This document shows, one piece after another, positions 37,381 to 50,663 of a DNA stretch of 64,000 nucleotides. The stretch covers positions 138,014,001 to 138,078,000 of the forward strand of contig NC_058368.1 of NCBI RefSeq assembly GCF_018350175.1, written 5' to 3'. The notes under the pieces are model-generated. The model did no database searches. It saw nothing but the letters and a program-made list of their open reading frames with translations, and was not told the DNA's origin. Origin of the DNA: Felis catus (taxonomy: Eukaryota). Position numbers and translations under genes: made by a program. The stretch's first letter is position 1. Each line of letters starts with the position of its first letter.

Positions 37381-40006
37381 CTTTCCTATTTTATGCACAC
37401 AAGTAATTAAGCACAATGTTCTTTTACAATGAGCATGAGTTCCCTTGAAGTAAAATAAATGAAAAAATATCAAGGAGGTACCTATGTGAAGCCAGGTGCT
37501 ATTCAAGGCAATATGAGAGATACGGAAAATTAGAGCCCCTGACAGAGGATGTGTGGGTAACCCCTCACAGGGCAGCTAGTGTGGCATCTGTCTGTAAAGG
37601 TGAGGGTTTCATGCTCTGATCTGCTTAGACCTGGGGGCTCTGGAGGGAAGGGTAGCCACCATAGAAAACAGGCTTTCTTGACCTTCCAGTAGAAATAGGT
37701 GCAGAAATCTAGGAAATTACATGACTGTGTGCAAAAATTTTTAATTTAGTAACTTGGGCATTGTATTTTAAGGACATTGATGTGTTTGCCTTTGGATATT
37801 TAGTTCCGTGTATTTGACTAGTAAGAGTGTATCTGTGTATGTATCTAAGTTTATGCACATTTTATTACTATAATAAAAACACCCATAAATTTTTATCAGC
37901 AAATTATCACCCACAGCCTTTTATAGTCTGCCTACATATTTTCGTATGATTTATATTGAGTGATTTCCTAACCCTTCCCTTCTTTGGTAGGATAGATATA
38001 TTCCTTATATTAATTGAGTATAGAATTACTGTATGTAAAGTATAGTTTATAGTGGTTCATTCTTTTAAATAAAACAGTGGTTTCTTCCAAAAGTTGTAAC
38101 CTTTATGGCAGGATTACATGGTATAGGTAGTGAGCCTTCTGTTCATAGACTTTTAAAGACGTGTAACTCGGTAGTGTGTGTATCCCACATAACTTTGAAG
38201 ATGATAGGTTTTTATGAAGGCATGCTTGTTGGGGTTGGCATCTAATTAGAGCCAGCCCTCCTCCTACAAACAGCAGTATAAGCTTTAACTGTGCTTAGAA
38301 AATTAGTTTTCTGTTTTAGGTTTTCTACATTTGTATAGGGGAAAAAAAAAAGAATTTATCGGCAAACCAAGGTCCTGTTCTTGTATCCTTAATGGGGGTT
38401 GAATGTCAAAGCCATGGTATGGTTAAAGTGAGATGCCTATATGGGAAATGGTTAATGCTCTTGAAAAGGGCAAGTCAAGGATGCTAGCCCTGTAGGATGC
38501 GGAGTGACGGGAGGGGGAGAGCAGAGGAGGCATGAGCTGGCTCTGATGGGCACCCGATCTGCACCTTATCCCACCTCTGTTCCTTGGCTTCCCCTCGGCA
38601 CTCATCTGCAGGGATCAGGCAGGTACTTGGTCACAAGCCCACAGCAGTACTCCTGCCTCAGCCCTCGCTTTCCTCATCCATCACCTTATGTGATTCTGTG
38701 AGCAGTATGTAATAGATGCATATATGATGGGAAAAGCCTCTATGAAAGTGAAGCAGCCTTATTCTTTTATGCACCTTGTGCCAGAATGCCATTTAACTAT
38801 CAGTTAGGCAGAGCTTTGATCTTTAAAGTGCCAGAGAGAATTTCTGCCAGCAGAGCTCTGAAAATCCTATACTCCATTTAACAGAACTTCCTTCAGTATT
38901 ATGGTTAACAAAAACACAAAACAGTTATAGGAAACTAGAATAAATCCTTAACTGGAGATACTCCATGAGATTTTGGGTGTAAAGCTAGTTTAACTTGGTG
39001 GATTTTCTTTTTTTTTTTTTTTTTTTTTACTTCTAGTTTCCTCATCTATGAAATGGAGATAATACCAGCTCTCTGGGTAAAACTAGATAGTTGGCCCATC
39101 AAATGCAGTTATAAATGGGAATACTTCGGTTTTACATTTTTGGGTCATTTAAAATTTCTAAACCCTACACCGTGGTAACTCTGCACGAAGAGTGATTTAT
39201 GGGCCAGATTTACTATTGCTGTACCTGCTGTAAATATACACGTGGAAAAGCAGACCCTGTGATCATTTGGTACCATGCCAGCTCCTGTGTCTTTCTGTTA
39301 ATTTAATACTTGGGCATTTAATAACATGAAAGAAAAACGTGGAGCCAAATCAAATTAGGGAGCAAAGTCTCAAAGAGGACCATTCTGTAAGAGAGGGACT
39401 AATGAGTGGCCTTGTTCTGGTAGGAATCCCTTGTTCGGTACTGGAGGTTGTAAAAAAAACAAAACAAAACAAAAACCCGTAAACAAAAATAAAGAAGAAA
39501 AAACACTTTAAAACCCATGTTTTTTTTTTCTTCTATTGTACAGCTAGAGTATACAGCCATTTGAGAAAGCATTAGTGAGGCATTTTGTTAGAGCACATTT
39601 CCCCTCTCTTCAGGAAAAACCAACTACCACCAAAAGAGGTTTTGTCAGTACTCTCATTTATTGGTGGGAATATATACATTTAAATGGTTTGTAAATGGCT
39701 GCCACTTTTGTTAAGAAATAAAGTTTCATGGGTCCCAAGCATTAGTATGTGTTAGTCCTTCAAAACCAGCGGACAAAAAACGCTCTTCTCTTTAATCGGT
39801 GGTCAAATGAACAGGTGAAGACAGTAAAGAACTTTTTGATCCTCTCATCTGGTTTTGGAGTCCTACTCAGTTATAACAATTCATCAGGTTCCTATGCTGG
39901 AAACATTTTGGGCTAAGTACATGTTGACTATCTTGGAGTCTTGAGTTGGGATGCCTCTCTGGGAAGGATTTGGCTCTTGAACATCTTTTTTAAAAATTTC
40001 ACTCAT

Positions 40007-40203
40007 AGGGGCGCCTGGGTGGCTCAGACAGTTAAGCTTCCAATTTCAGCTCAGGTCATGATCTCATGGTTCTTGACTTTGAGCCCTGTAGTGGGTTCTG
40101 TGTTGACAGCTTAGAGCCTGCTTTGGATTCTATGTCTCCCTCCCCTGTTCGCCCTCTACCTCTCTCCCTCTCTCTCAAATAAAAACTTAAAAAAATTTAA
40201 AAA
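40007..40203 (+). mobile_element. CanSINE
   Basis: TSD aaaat(t/c)tcact. Confidence 0.9.
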
Positions 40204-40452
40204 TCTCACTTGTAGGTCTTGGGTGGTGGGCACATAGTGTTTCTACTGCCTTAGTTGAGGCCTTGTTCTAATTAGCCCACGATTGCCATGGGCAATGGGA
40301 AATAGAGTCCCTGTGGAAGTATCTTGGTGCAGTTTGGAAAATGAAGCTTCTGAGGTTTATCCAACGATCCAGTCAGTTTCTGTAGCATTTGAGGGCCCTA
40401 TTACAGAGAGTGTCAGAAGAGCTTTTCATCAGGCACAGAAAGACCCCTTTGT

Positions 40453-40802
40453 TGTTGGTGGTTTTTTTTTTTTAAGCAATTACTGTGTTTTGTTTTATTT
40501 TTTTAGATTTTTATTTTTATTTTTTAAAATTTATTTATTTTAATATGAAATTTATTGTCAAATTGGCTTCCATACAACACCCAGTGCTCATCCCAACAGG
40601 AGCCCTCCTCAGTGCCCGTCACCCACCCACCTCTCCCTCCCGACCCCCATCAACCTTCAGTTTATTCTCAGTTTTTAAGAGTCTCTTATGGTTTGGCTCT
40701 CACCCTGACTTTTTATTTTCCCTTCCACTCCCCCATGGTCTTCTGTTAAGTTTCTCAGGATCCACGTAAGAGTGAAAACATAGGGTATCTGTCTTTCTCT
40801 GA
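40453..40802 (-). mobile_element. Felid-type L1 3' end
   Basis: 'aatatgaaatttattgtcaaattgg...catacaacacccagtgctcatcccaaca'; TSD cag(a/g)aagacccctttgt. Confidence 0.88.
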
Positions 40803-41132
40803 CAGGAAGACCCCTTTGTGTAAATTAGTTTGGAATTCTGGAGTTGCTATTAACAATGAAGATGGTAACTATTAGTTACTTTTCCTTTGGCATTGTGCTT
40901 ACAGCTTTATGAATTATTTTCTTTAATTCCTTGAACAACTTCACCATTGGTTTTACAGATGAGGAAACTAAGGAAAAGGTAGGCAGTACTTTCTAGGTCC
41001 AGCAGTTTATTGATCACTGGACTGTGGGACTCCCTTCTTTCTTAACTTGGCCATGGTGTGTCTTAGAAGGCTAGAAGGGGGAAATCCAACTTGTCTACAT
41101 AATAGAGGATGCTGTATCAACTAAGCCGAAGT

Positions 41133-41363
41133 TTTTTTTTTTTTTTTTTAAATTTTTTTTCAATGTTTATTTATTTTTGGGACAGAGAGAGACAGAGCAT
41201 GAACGGGGGAGGGGCAGAGAGAGAGGGAGACACAGAATCGGAAACAGGCTCCAGGCTCTGAGCCATCAGCCCAGAGCCCGACGCGGGGCTCGAACTCACG
41301 GACCTCGAGATCGTGATCTGGCTGAAGTCGGACGCTTAACCGACTGTGCCACCCAGGCGCCCC
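41133..41363 (-). mobile_element. Young felid CanSINE (SINEC_Fc-like)
   Basis: Intact CpGs, long T tail; TSD ctaagccgaagtttt. Confidence 0.95.
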
Positions 41364-42413
41364 TAAGCCGAAGTTTTCACTGCCTCTCTATTTTCAAATT
41401 TGCCTTCATAGTGACACTAAGTGCCTCATGTTTTACACTTATTTCAACCTATGTAAGACACTTGTCTGTATTTTATTTGATTTATGTAGTTTGACATCTT
41501 AAATATTTCCAGGATCGCAAAAAAAATTTTTCCCCCATTTTGTCAACTGTTTTTGAAGGACTAACATATTGTTGATTAATTATGACCATTTGAAGTTCAT
41601 GGCTATTTTTTAGAGGAAACACTCCAAACTAGGCACAGAATTCTAATGTCCATATCTGTACAGTTCCTAGGACTTTGTATGCATTCTACAAGGCTGTTTA
41701 CATTTTAAATAATTTTGAACTTGGTGACTGCTCATTTAGGCACGCCTGAGGACTTTTCTACTTTTTACTCTTGATCACTCTGTACTTGGTCTTCATTGAC
41801 TTGCGTTCTGTCCCCTCAGGCCTCTTCAGTTTGCACTGGTTTCCCAAGGGTGGGAAGTCGTCACTCCATTGTCCAACCTGCCAGGGCGCACATTAAAAGG
41901 TTATGTTTTCTGCAGGGGAACACTGCATAAAATGGCTTTAGTCAGTCTGGTTTTTGCTATCACCATGTACCAGCAATTCTGAACAGTAACTTAAAGTTAC
42001 TTGCCACCAAATTTCTTCTGTTGGTCTAAATTGTAAATAATTGTTACAGTAACTGTTGCATTTTAATATCTATATAAACTTCAAATTAGCACATTTTGAT
42101 GACTTATCCCTTAATTTTCATATTGAATACAATGTCAATTAGGCTAACTTCCATTTATTCAGTTGATCCCTAACGCAGGTTACATAAGTTCTGAGAGTAG
42201 GTTAAAAAAGATTTGGCATCATCCAAACTTGATTATGGTTCAGTTTGGGGGTCTGAGATCTGTAGTACTATTTAATGGTGTATATAAACAGCAGATTTGA
42301 AATAAGCAATGTTAGCACAGTGATGGTAAAGACCAAGAGATTAAACTTGAGATATTTTTAATTCTGTCCTACCATGAGACCAAGTGGAGTTTGTTCAAAA
42401 TGTAAAGCAGTGA

Positions 42414-42704
42414 GTGGAGAAAAGGGAACCCTTGTGTCCCATTGGAGGGAATGCAAACTGGTACAGCCTCTGTAGAAAACAGTATGGAGGTTCCTCAAAA
42501 AAATTAGAAGTAGAATTACTATATGATCCAGTAATTCCACTATGGGGTATTTACTCAAAGAGTATGAAAACACTAATTTGAAAAGATGTAAGTAATGCTG
42601 CAATAAACATTGGGGTTCATATAATAACTACATTATGGAAGCAGACTAAATGTCCATCAATAGATGAATGGATAAAGAAGATGTGATACACACACACACA
42701 CACA

Positions 42705-42742
<38 letters not shown>

Positions 42743-43107
42743 TTACTCAGCCATAAAGAGTAATGAAATCTTGCCATTTGCCACAACATGGATGGATCTC
42801 GAGGGTATAATGCTAAGTGAAATAAGTCAGAGGACAACAAATATGCATGTTATTTTATGCATATGTGGAATTCGAGAAACCAATGAACAAAGAAAAAGGA
42901 GACAAAAGGCAGACTCTTAAATATAGAGAACAAATTGATTATAGAGGGGAGATAGGTGGGCAGGGGCCAATGGGGGAAGTAGGTGATGGGGATTAAGAGC
43001 ACACTTACTGTGATGAGTAATATATAGAATTGTTGAATCACTATATTGTACCGCTGAAACTAATATGACACTGTATTAATTATACAGGAATTAAAATCTG
43101 AATAAGT
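42414..43107 (+). mobile_element. Carnivore L1 3' end with an internal 37-bp inversion
   Basis: ORF2 end and 3' UTR motifs; TSD aaa(a/t)tg(t/c)aaagca(g/a)tga. Confidence 0.92.
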
Positions 43108-43199
43108 AAATTGCAAAGCAATGAAGGAGTTTAATACTGTTTCATAGGTGAATATACTATACTTGAACTTGAATAATACTTTGAAATTGAAATTTCATT

Positions 43200-43420
43200 A
43201 AAAAAATTTTTTTAACATTTATTTATTATTGAGAGACACAGAATGAGCATGGGAGGGGCTGAGAGAGAGAGAGAGAGAGAGACAGACTCAGAATCCAAAG
43301 CAGGCTCCAGGCTCTGAGCTGTCAGCACAGAGACTGATGTGGGGCTCGAACTCACGAGCTGTGAGATCATGACCTGAGCTGAAGTCAGATGCTTAACTGA
43401 CTGAGCCACCCAAGCGCCCC
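43200..43420 (-). mobile_element. CanSINE
   Basis: TSD tgaaatttca. Confidence 0.92.
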
Positions 43421-44257
43421 TGAAATTTCACTTTTTAGATGGTTTTGGAAACTAAAAGATGAATGTAGGAAAAAATGTTGGGATTGGCACAATCCGTAGT
43501 TGGCTTCATTGGATCTTTGGAAGGCATCTCAAAGTTTTGTTGACATTTTCTTTATTTTTGCTGGCATGATTAAATATTTGTACTTAAATGAGATTTTCAC
43601 AGTGTTTCTTGCCATTATGCGTTTTTAAAAAGATTGTTACTGAAACAACTGTTGTGTAGAAAAGGGGATATTAAGTGACCTGCTTTAGGTATCAAATACA
43701 TTAGGTGTGGCACTGCCAGTGTCTCTCTAAATGTTGCTCTTGTATCTTCCCATCAGGCATTAATTTAAAGTTCGCGAGAATCTACATTACAGATAAGCAT
43801 GTAACCTAGCAGACCTCGAGTTGGTTGACATGGAATTTGTCCTATGGCCTGTTCTGTGTTCCCCATGACGGTCCAGACTTCACCATTTCCCTGGATTACT
43901 GTATTTACTGGCTTCCTGTGCTCACATCCTTCCGCCTCCTGCTGCTGCCACCGCCACCATCCATGTGCTCCTCTCTCAGGGCAGATTCTCTGAAATAGAA
44001 ACCTTAGCATGTCTCTGCTTAGAATCCTTCACTTGGTCCTCTTGTTTTTCATTCCGCAGGACCCTTCAGAGTCTGGCTCTCGAATTCCTCTTCGGCCTTC
44101 CTCTGTCAGACAGCTCTCCTGAGAGCTCCTTGAACACCCCTTGATGATTGCTTCTCTGCCTTTGTGTCTGCTTTTCCCTTGGCTAGCCATTCCCTTTCGT
44201 CTTCACTTCCCTACTCTCTGCAGAAACCTGGCTAATGTCTGTCTTGTTTTCGAAGAG

Positions 44258-44356
44258 TTTCTTTTTAAGTAATCTCTGCACCTTCTGTGGGGCTCGAACT
44301 TATGACCCCGAGATCAAGAGTTGCGTGCTCTACCAACTGAGCCAGCCAGGCGTCCC
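44258..44356 (-). mobile_element. Short older CanSINE
   Basis: 'gggctcgaacttatgaccccgagatcaagagttgcgtgctctaccaactgagccagccagg'. Confidence 0.85.
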
Positions 44357-45449
44357 ATGACTTCTGTTGTTAATGAGTCATAGGTCCACTCCCTCCCTCT
44401 CTTGTCCTCAGCAGGTAGCTGCATCCACTGCATCAGAGGACGTTGATGTTGTCCTCAATGGCATTGTTGTCTTTTGCCTCTCCCACTACACCATGGGCTC
44501 CCAGCATCTAGGTCAGTGTCTGTTGCGAATTGGGTGCTCTCAGTAGTGCACAGAGGAATGAACTGACAACCACAGATTCTAGTCATCTGAATTACATTGT
44601 CTGCAAAAGGCTGTATGAGCTGCGCAGTGCTTTCTAGTTTACATAGAATCACAGATCTTCCTGGTCATTAGAACCATCTGGGGAGTTTTTGAAATGTAGT
44701 TTCCTGTGCACTTAGAACACTTGAGTTAGACTATCTGGCAGGTGGGACTTGGGAATCTGTATCAAACTCGACTGGCATAGAGTTTATTCTTGCCTGGAAA
44801 GCTTTTTATGAAAGTCATGGTTAATTATTGATAGTTTCCCTCTGTCCATTAGCTTGCTGTTCTATCCAAGAAAGAGATGTTAGTAATCTTAGAGAGTTAC
44901 TTCTGTATAAGAAAACAAAAATCTGTCTACCCTTTCACTGTTTAGAGAAGGCTCCTATTAACATGTGAGTTAATCCTCAATTCTGGGAGGTAGGAAGATG
45001 GGTCAGATTTTAGCATGTGAGGTTGATACTTGATCAGGGTCATGTTTCCTACAGGTATTTAGTTAACTAGGTTGTTAGGACTCCCAGTAACCTTGGGGAG
45101 TTTGATCCATGTCTTCCATTCCTATGATTCCAGATGGCCTCCCCACCCCCTTCCTGCTGGCATGTAGCATTTCCTGTTCAGGGCCATCCCCTGTGTCTGT
45201 GGTCACTGGGTATCTACATCCTTGATTCTGGTGCCATATTTGAGCGCTAGGCAAGGGGCATCTGTTACTGATGTGAATTGGTATAAATGGCGACACTTCA
45301 CACTTTTGGTGGGTCTGAAACTGAACCCCTTACTGCTCCACCCCAAATGGTACCTTCCCCTAATCCAAAAGTCCAGGAGTCTTTTCCTAGTGTTCACTCT
45401 TCTTTATTCCTGGTGTAACTTGACTTTTTAAATAACCTTAATTCTGCCA

Positions 45450-46810
45450 CATCCTTTCCTCACTGTTACCGGTGCAGTTGAGACCCTGATCTTATTGTAT
45501 CTAGATTGCTGCTACGTTACCTGCCTTTGATTTGGTATCCTAAAAATGTTTTTTCTGTACTGGCACCAGAGTGATCCATCTGAAAAAAGAATTGATTGCT
45601 CCCTCTTTAGGTAGGCTCTCCAGTAGCTCCCTATTCCTACATGGAAAAAACTTCATGGTATTCAGTCCACCATCCAAGGCTTTCCACTATTTGGCCAGCC
45701 TTGCAGCCTCACCCTTTAGTGCTACCTCTCCATCTTGGAGTGTTCCCTTTGTGCAAGTTGGTGCTTCTGTTTGACAGCTCACTGGGCATAGCCTGCCGAG
45801 CCTTGCCCCCCTGCCTTGGCTCTGTTGTCGATTCAGCCCTAAACATCCTTCTTCTTGCTCCTGGTCCTCGTGACCTGTATATTACTCTCCTTTACCTGGC
45901 TAACTCTTGCTCTGGAAGATAGATTTACAGGTATCAGTACCTTTAGGAAATCTCTTAGATCCTCCTGTTTTAACTAGAATATAGCTAAGGTAACTTTAAA
46001 GAGACCTAATCAGAGGCTTAAATAAGACAGGAATTTATTCTCTAGAAGAGTCTAAGCTGGAGAGATGGGTGGCTCTCACTGTGAGGTTATGTTCCTTCTG
46101 TCTTGTTGCTACGCTGTCTGCAGGGCCTTATTTTCATTGGCATGACTGTGCTTGACTCCCGCCCACAGAGAAAGAGGTTGTGGAGGCCACACTCCTTCCT
46201 TTGAGGAGCCTGATGGACACTGTATGCATGACTCCTGTTCACATCTCATTAGCCTGAACTTCCCTGAATGCCCACACCTAATTCCAGGGCAGGCTGGGTA
46301 ATAGTGTCCTTGGCTTAGCAGTTTTTAATAAAATATGACCCACACATGGTAATAGAAAGTTCCTAATAACCACATTAAGAAAAAGAAACAGATGAAAATA
46401 ACCCATTATATTTAGCCCAGCGTATTTAGGCTAGCATGTCCCTTGCAGGATTAGCTACACTGCAGATATTCAGTAAATACACGTGGTAGTGGCTACAAAA
46501 TTGGGTAGTACAGCTTTTTCTGGCTATGTGTGCAGCTAAAGTTGAAGGTTCCTCCCATGGAAATTAAGGGGAAAATGGTATCTGGGATCACCTGGGTAGT
46601 TGGCCATATTTCTTGGTAACCAGTAGTCGTTTCTCTTTCTTACTTGATATTACTGCAAGGCATTGCCTGTGACACATTGTGCCTATACTTACCTGATTTA
46701 GTCTGTCATTTGCATTGAGTATTTTTAAGAGTAAAGATTAAGTTTTTTTCTCTATGTCCTAGTATAGTATTGGGCACATTTTGATGATTCAATAAATGTT
46801 AAGTGAATAA
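45450..46810. mobile_element. Nested ancient repeats: L2 fragment > MLT1-like LTR (~45970-46610) > MER3/MER33-like (~46315-46515)
   Basis: L2-like flanks ending 'caataaatgttaagtgaataaa'; 'ggcttaaataagacaggaatttatt' (MLT1); 'cacgtggtagtggctacaaaattgg' (MER3/33). Confidence 0.5.
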
Positions 46811-47779
46811 AGTAACTGAAGTGGGATTTCATTTAATTCCTCAGCTGTTTTCATTATTCTTGGGCAGATGCTTATAAATCTACTCATTGATAGGGTAACA
46901 CTTTCTTGTGTGTCAAAAGTTATATTGTCCTTCGGGGGATGAATATACTGCGATTTTATTTGATAGATTTCCTGTGAGGTCAGATTCACAGGTGCTTTGG
47001 GATAGAATGGCAGATTCTTGGCTCCACAGATCATGTTTTAGAAGATAGGTCCAGTGTGCAGAAATCTATTTTCTGTGAAATAGTGAATCTTCTGGTGATG
47101 GTGCCTCTGTACTGTGAAAGAACAGGATAGAGCTGTTTGCATGCAGCCTCTTGCATTGAGAGTTCCTGTTCAGTCCTTGGGGAAATAGGCCATTTCCAGG
47201 CAATACTACAAATCTGTTGTTGGTAGAGGACAGAGGAAAATACTTTACATGTGAAGCACAGTATTCCCAGAAGTCAACAATTGAGCAGAACTTATCAATG
47301 ATTGTTAGAATTAAGTGGGACATGAATGTACTTTCTCATTAAATGAAGTACAGAACGGAATGTTCACTAAACAAGGTAAATTGTGGATGTTACGAGCTGT
47401 TCCTATCTTGTACAAGCCAGTCCTGCATCCCTAGTCAGGTGGCTGCAGGAATGCCTTTCTTGGGCTGGTTCTTGACATGGGTGGCCCTTCTTTCTGGAGA
47501 ATGGAGGGCAGGGATAGGAAGGGTAAGTGCACAGGACTGCGTCTCCTCTCACTTTTCATCAACACCTCCCTTTGCCCCTTGCTCTGTCATTGTTCCACAC
47601 CTCCCCCCTCCTCCAGCATAGCTTTTCCTCCCTATCCCAGGAGTAGCTCTTGGGATGAGTTTCCTAAGTTAGTCATATTTTGTGAGAATCTCCTTTCCAT
47701 CATTCTGTGGCTTGCTTCAAAAACATATTTATAACCGTAATAAGAGCCACTACTACTATGATAATGGCGTTCCAGAGCG

Positions 47780-47990
47780 TGTGCATGTCAGGCTTGTACT
47801 GAGGCCTTCATGTGCATTACTTATTTTTTCTTACAAGATCTTATGAGCTAGGCATTATTTTGATGCCCATTTTTTTAGGTGAAGGAACAGAGGCTTTGCT
47901 TAAGTGACTTGGCTGGGGTCACAAGCTGATGAGTTGCTGAACTAGACATACACACATCTGAATCTAAATCGTAGGCTTTTAACTGTCGTG
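47780..47990 (-). mobile_element. MIR
   Basis: 'cccatttttttaggtgaaggaacagaggc...taagtgacttggctggggtcaca'. Confidence 0.65.
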
Positions 47991-48244
47991 TGGTCCTTCT
48001 TCCTAAATATAACTTGTGTGACTTTTCCCCTCTATTCGATACATATATTATTGGTAGTAGAATGGGGAGAGGGATGGGGTGGGACAGGGACCCAGGAGCT
48101 TCTGAGCTAGAAGCAAAAGAATTGAAGGTTTGGACAACCACAATGACTTACTGGTGGTAGAGCAAGGAGGAGACAGAAATATCAGACTCAGATTCTGAGT
48201 ACTGGGAGAGCTTTCGTTGTGACTCTATTTACAATAGCGTTGTA

Positions 48245-50230
48245 CAATATGTTAAAAAAAGCACTCACCGTGGGATTATTCCTGGGTTGCAAGGGTGGTT
48301 CAATATCCATAAATCAATCAACATGATACATCACATCAAGAGAAAGGATAAAAACCAAGAGATCATTTCATTGGATGCAGAAAAAGCATTTGACAAAGTA
48401 CAACATCCATTCGTGATAAAAACCCTCACTAAAGTAGTTTTCAAGGCAACATACTTAAACATAATAAAAGCTACAAATTAAAAACCCACAGCTAATATCA
48501 TCCTAAATGGGAAAAAACTGGGAGCTTTTCCTCTATGGTCAGGAACAAGACTGGGATGTCCAGTCTCCCCACTGCTTTTCAGCATAGTACAGGAAGTCTT
48601 AGCCACGTCAGTCAGATAATAAGAAATAAAAGGCATCCAAATTGTCAAGGAAGAAGTAAAACTTTCGCTATTTGCAGATGACCTGTTACTCTGTGTAGAA
48701 AATCTGTAAGACTCCCCTAAAACGATTAAAACTGATAAAGGAATTCAGTAAAGTCACAGAATACAAAACCAATGTACAGGAATCTTTAGCATTTCTATAC
48801 ACTATTAATGAAGCAGCAGAAAGAGAAATTAAGGAATCAGTCTCACAATTGCACCCAAAACTGTAAGATCCCTGAGAATAAACCTAACAAAGGTGAAAGA
48901 CCTGTACTCTGAAAATGATAAAATACTGACGAAAGAAACTGAAGAGGACGCAAAGACCTGGAAAGACATTCCATGGTCATGGATTGGAAGAACAAATATT
49001 GTTAAGAGGTTTATACTACCCAAAGCAATCTACACATCTAATGCAACCCTTATCAAAATACTAACAGTGTTTTTCACAGAGCTTGAACAAACCTAAAACT
49101 TGTATGGAACCCCAAAAGACCCCGAATAGCCAAAGCAACCTTGAGAAAGAAAAACCTGGAGGCATCACACTTCCGGACTTCAAGTCATATACAGAACTGT
49201 ACTAATCAAAACAGTATGGTACCGGCACAAAAATAGACACACAGATCAATAGGACAGAGTAGAAAACTCAGAAATGAATCCACAGCTGTATGGCCAATTA
49301 ATTTTTGACAAAGCAGGTAAGAATATCTGGTGGAAAAAGACTGTCTCTTCAACAAATGGTGTTAGGAAAACTAGACACCTACATGCAAAAGAATGAACCT
49401 GGACCACTTTCTTACATCATACACAAAAATAAAATGGATTAAAGATCTAAATATGAGACCTGAAACCATAAAAATCCTAGAGGAGAACACAGATAGTCAT
49501 CTCTTTGGCATTGGTTATAATGACTTCTCTCTAGATACGACTCCTTAGGCAAGGGAACAAAAACAAAAATGAACTATTGGGACTTCATCAAAATAAAAAG
49601 CTTCTGCACGGGGAAGGAAAACAGTCAGCAAAACTGAAAGGCAAGCTATGAAATGGGAGAAGATATTTGCAAATAACATGGGATAAAGGGCTAGCATACA
49701 AAATATATTACAAACTTAAAGTCAACACCCCCAACATGAATAACCCATTTAAAAAAGGTAGAAGACATGAACAGACATTGTTCCCAAGAAGACCTACAGA
49801 TGGCTAACAGACCCATAAAAAGATGCTCAACATCACTTACCAGAGAAATGGAAATCAAAACTACAATGAGATAACACCTCAGACCTCAACACCCATCAGA
49901 ATGGCTAAAGTCAACAACACAAGAAACAACGGGTGTTGGCAAGGATATGGAGAAAGGGGAACGCTGTGAACTGTTGGGGGGAATGCAGAAACTGGTGCAG
50001 CCACTCTGGAAAACAGTATGGAGTTTTCTCAGAAAGTTAAGAATGGATCTACTCTATAATCCCACAGTTGCTCTAATGTATATTACCTGAGGAATACCAA
50101 AATAATAATTCAAAGGAGGATACATGCACCCTGGTGTTTATAGCAGCAGTATCTACAATAGCCAAATTATGTCAAGAGTCCAAGTGTCCATCAGTTGATG
50201 AATAAAGGAGATGTAGAATAAGCACACACG

Positions 50231-50277
<47 letters not shown>

Positions 50278-50663
50278 GAATATTGCTTTTTTATAAAAAA
50301 AGGAAATCTTGCCATTTGTAAGAACATGGATGGAGCTACCTGAGAGTGTTAAGCTAAGTGAAATAAGTCAAGGAAAGACAAATTGCATATGATTTCACTC
50401 ATGTGGAATTTAAGAAACAAACGAGGCAAGAGGAAGAAAGGGGAGGCAAAGGGGCAAATCAAGAAATAGACTCTTAATTATGGAGAACTGATGGGGGAGG
50501 GCAGGAGGACGGGTAAAATAGGTGATGAGGATTAAGGAGTGTACTTTGATGAGCACTGGGTGACAAATGGAAATGTTGAATCCATTGTATGCCTGAAACG
50601 AATACGGTACTGTATGTTAACTACCTGGAATTTAAATCAAAACTTAAAAAAAAAAAAAAAAAA
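48245..50663 (+). mobile_element. Carnivore L1, 5'-truncated (~2.4 kb), decayed ORF2 RT and C-terminus
   Basis: '[16 protein letters not shown]...[17 protein letters not shown]', 'tttgcagatgac' (FADD), 3' UTR, poly(A); TSD at(a/g)gcgttgta; stops and frameshifts. Confidence 0.95.

Noticed and set aside
48245..50663. Reverse-transcriptase-like ORFs as a novel RT system
   Set aside because: Ordinary decayed, 5'-truncated L1 ORF2 with stops and frameshifts.
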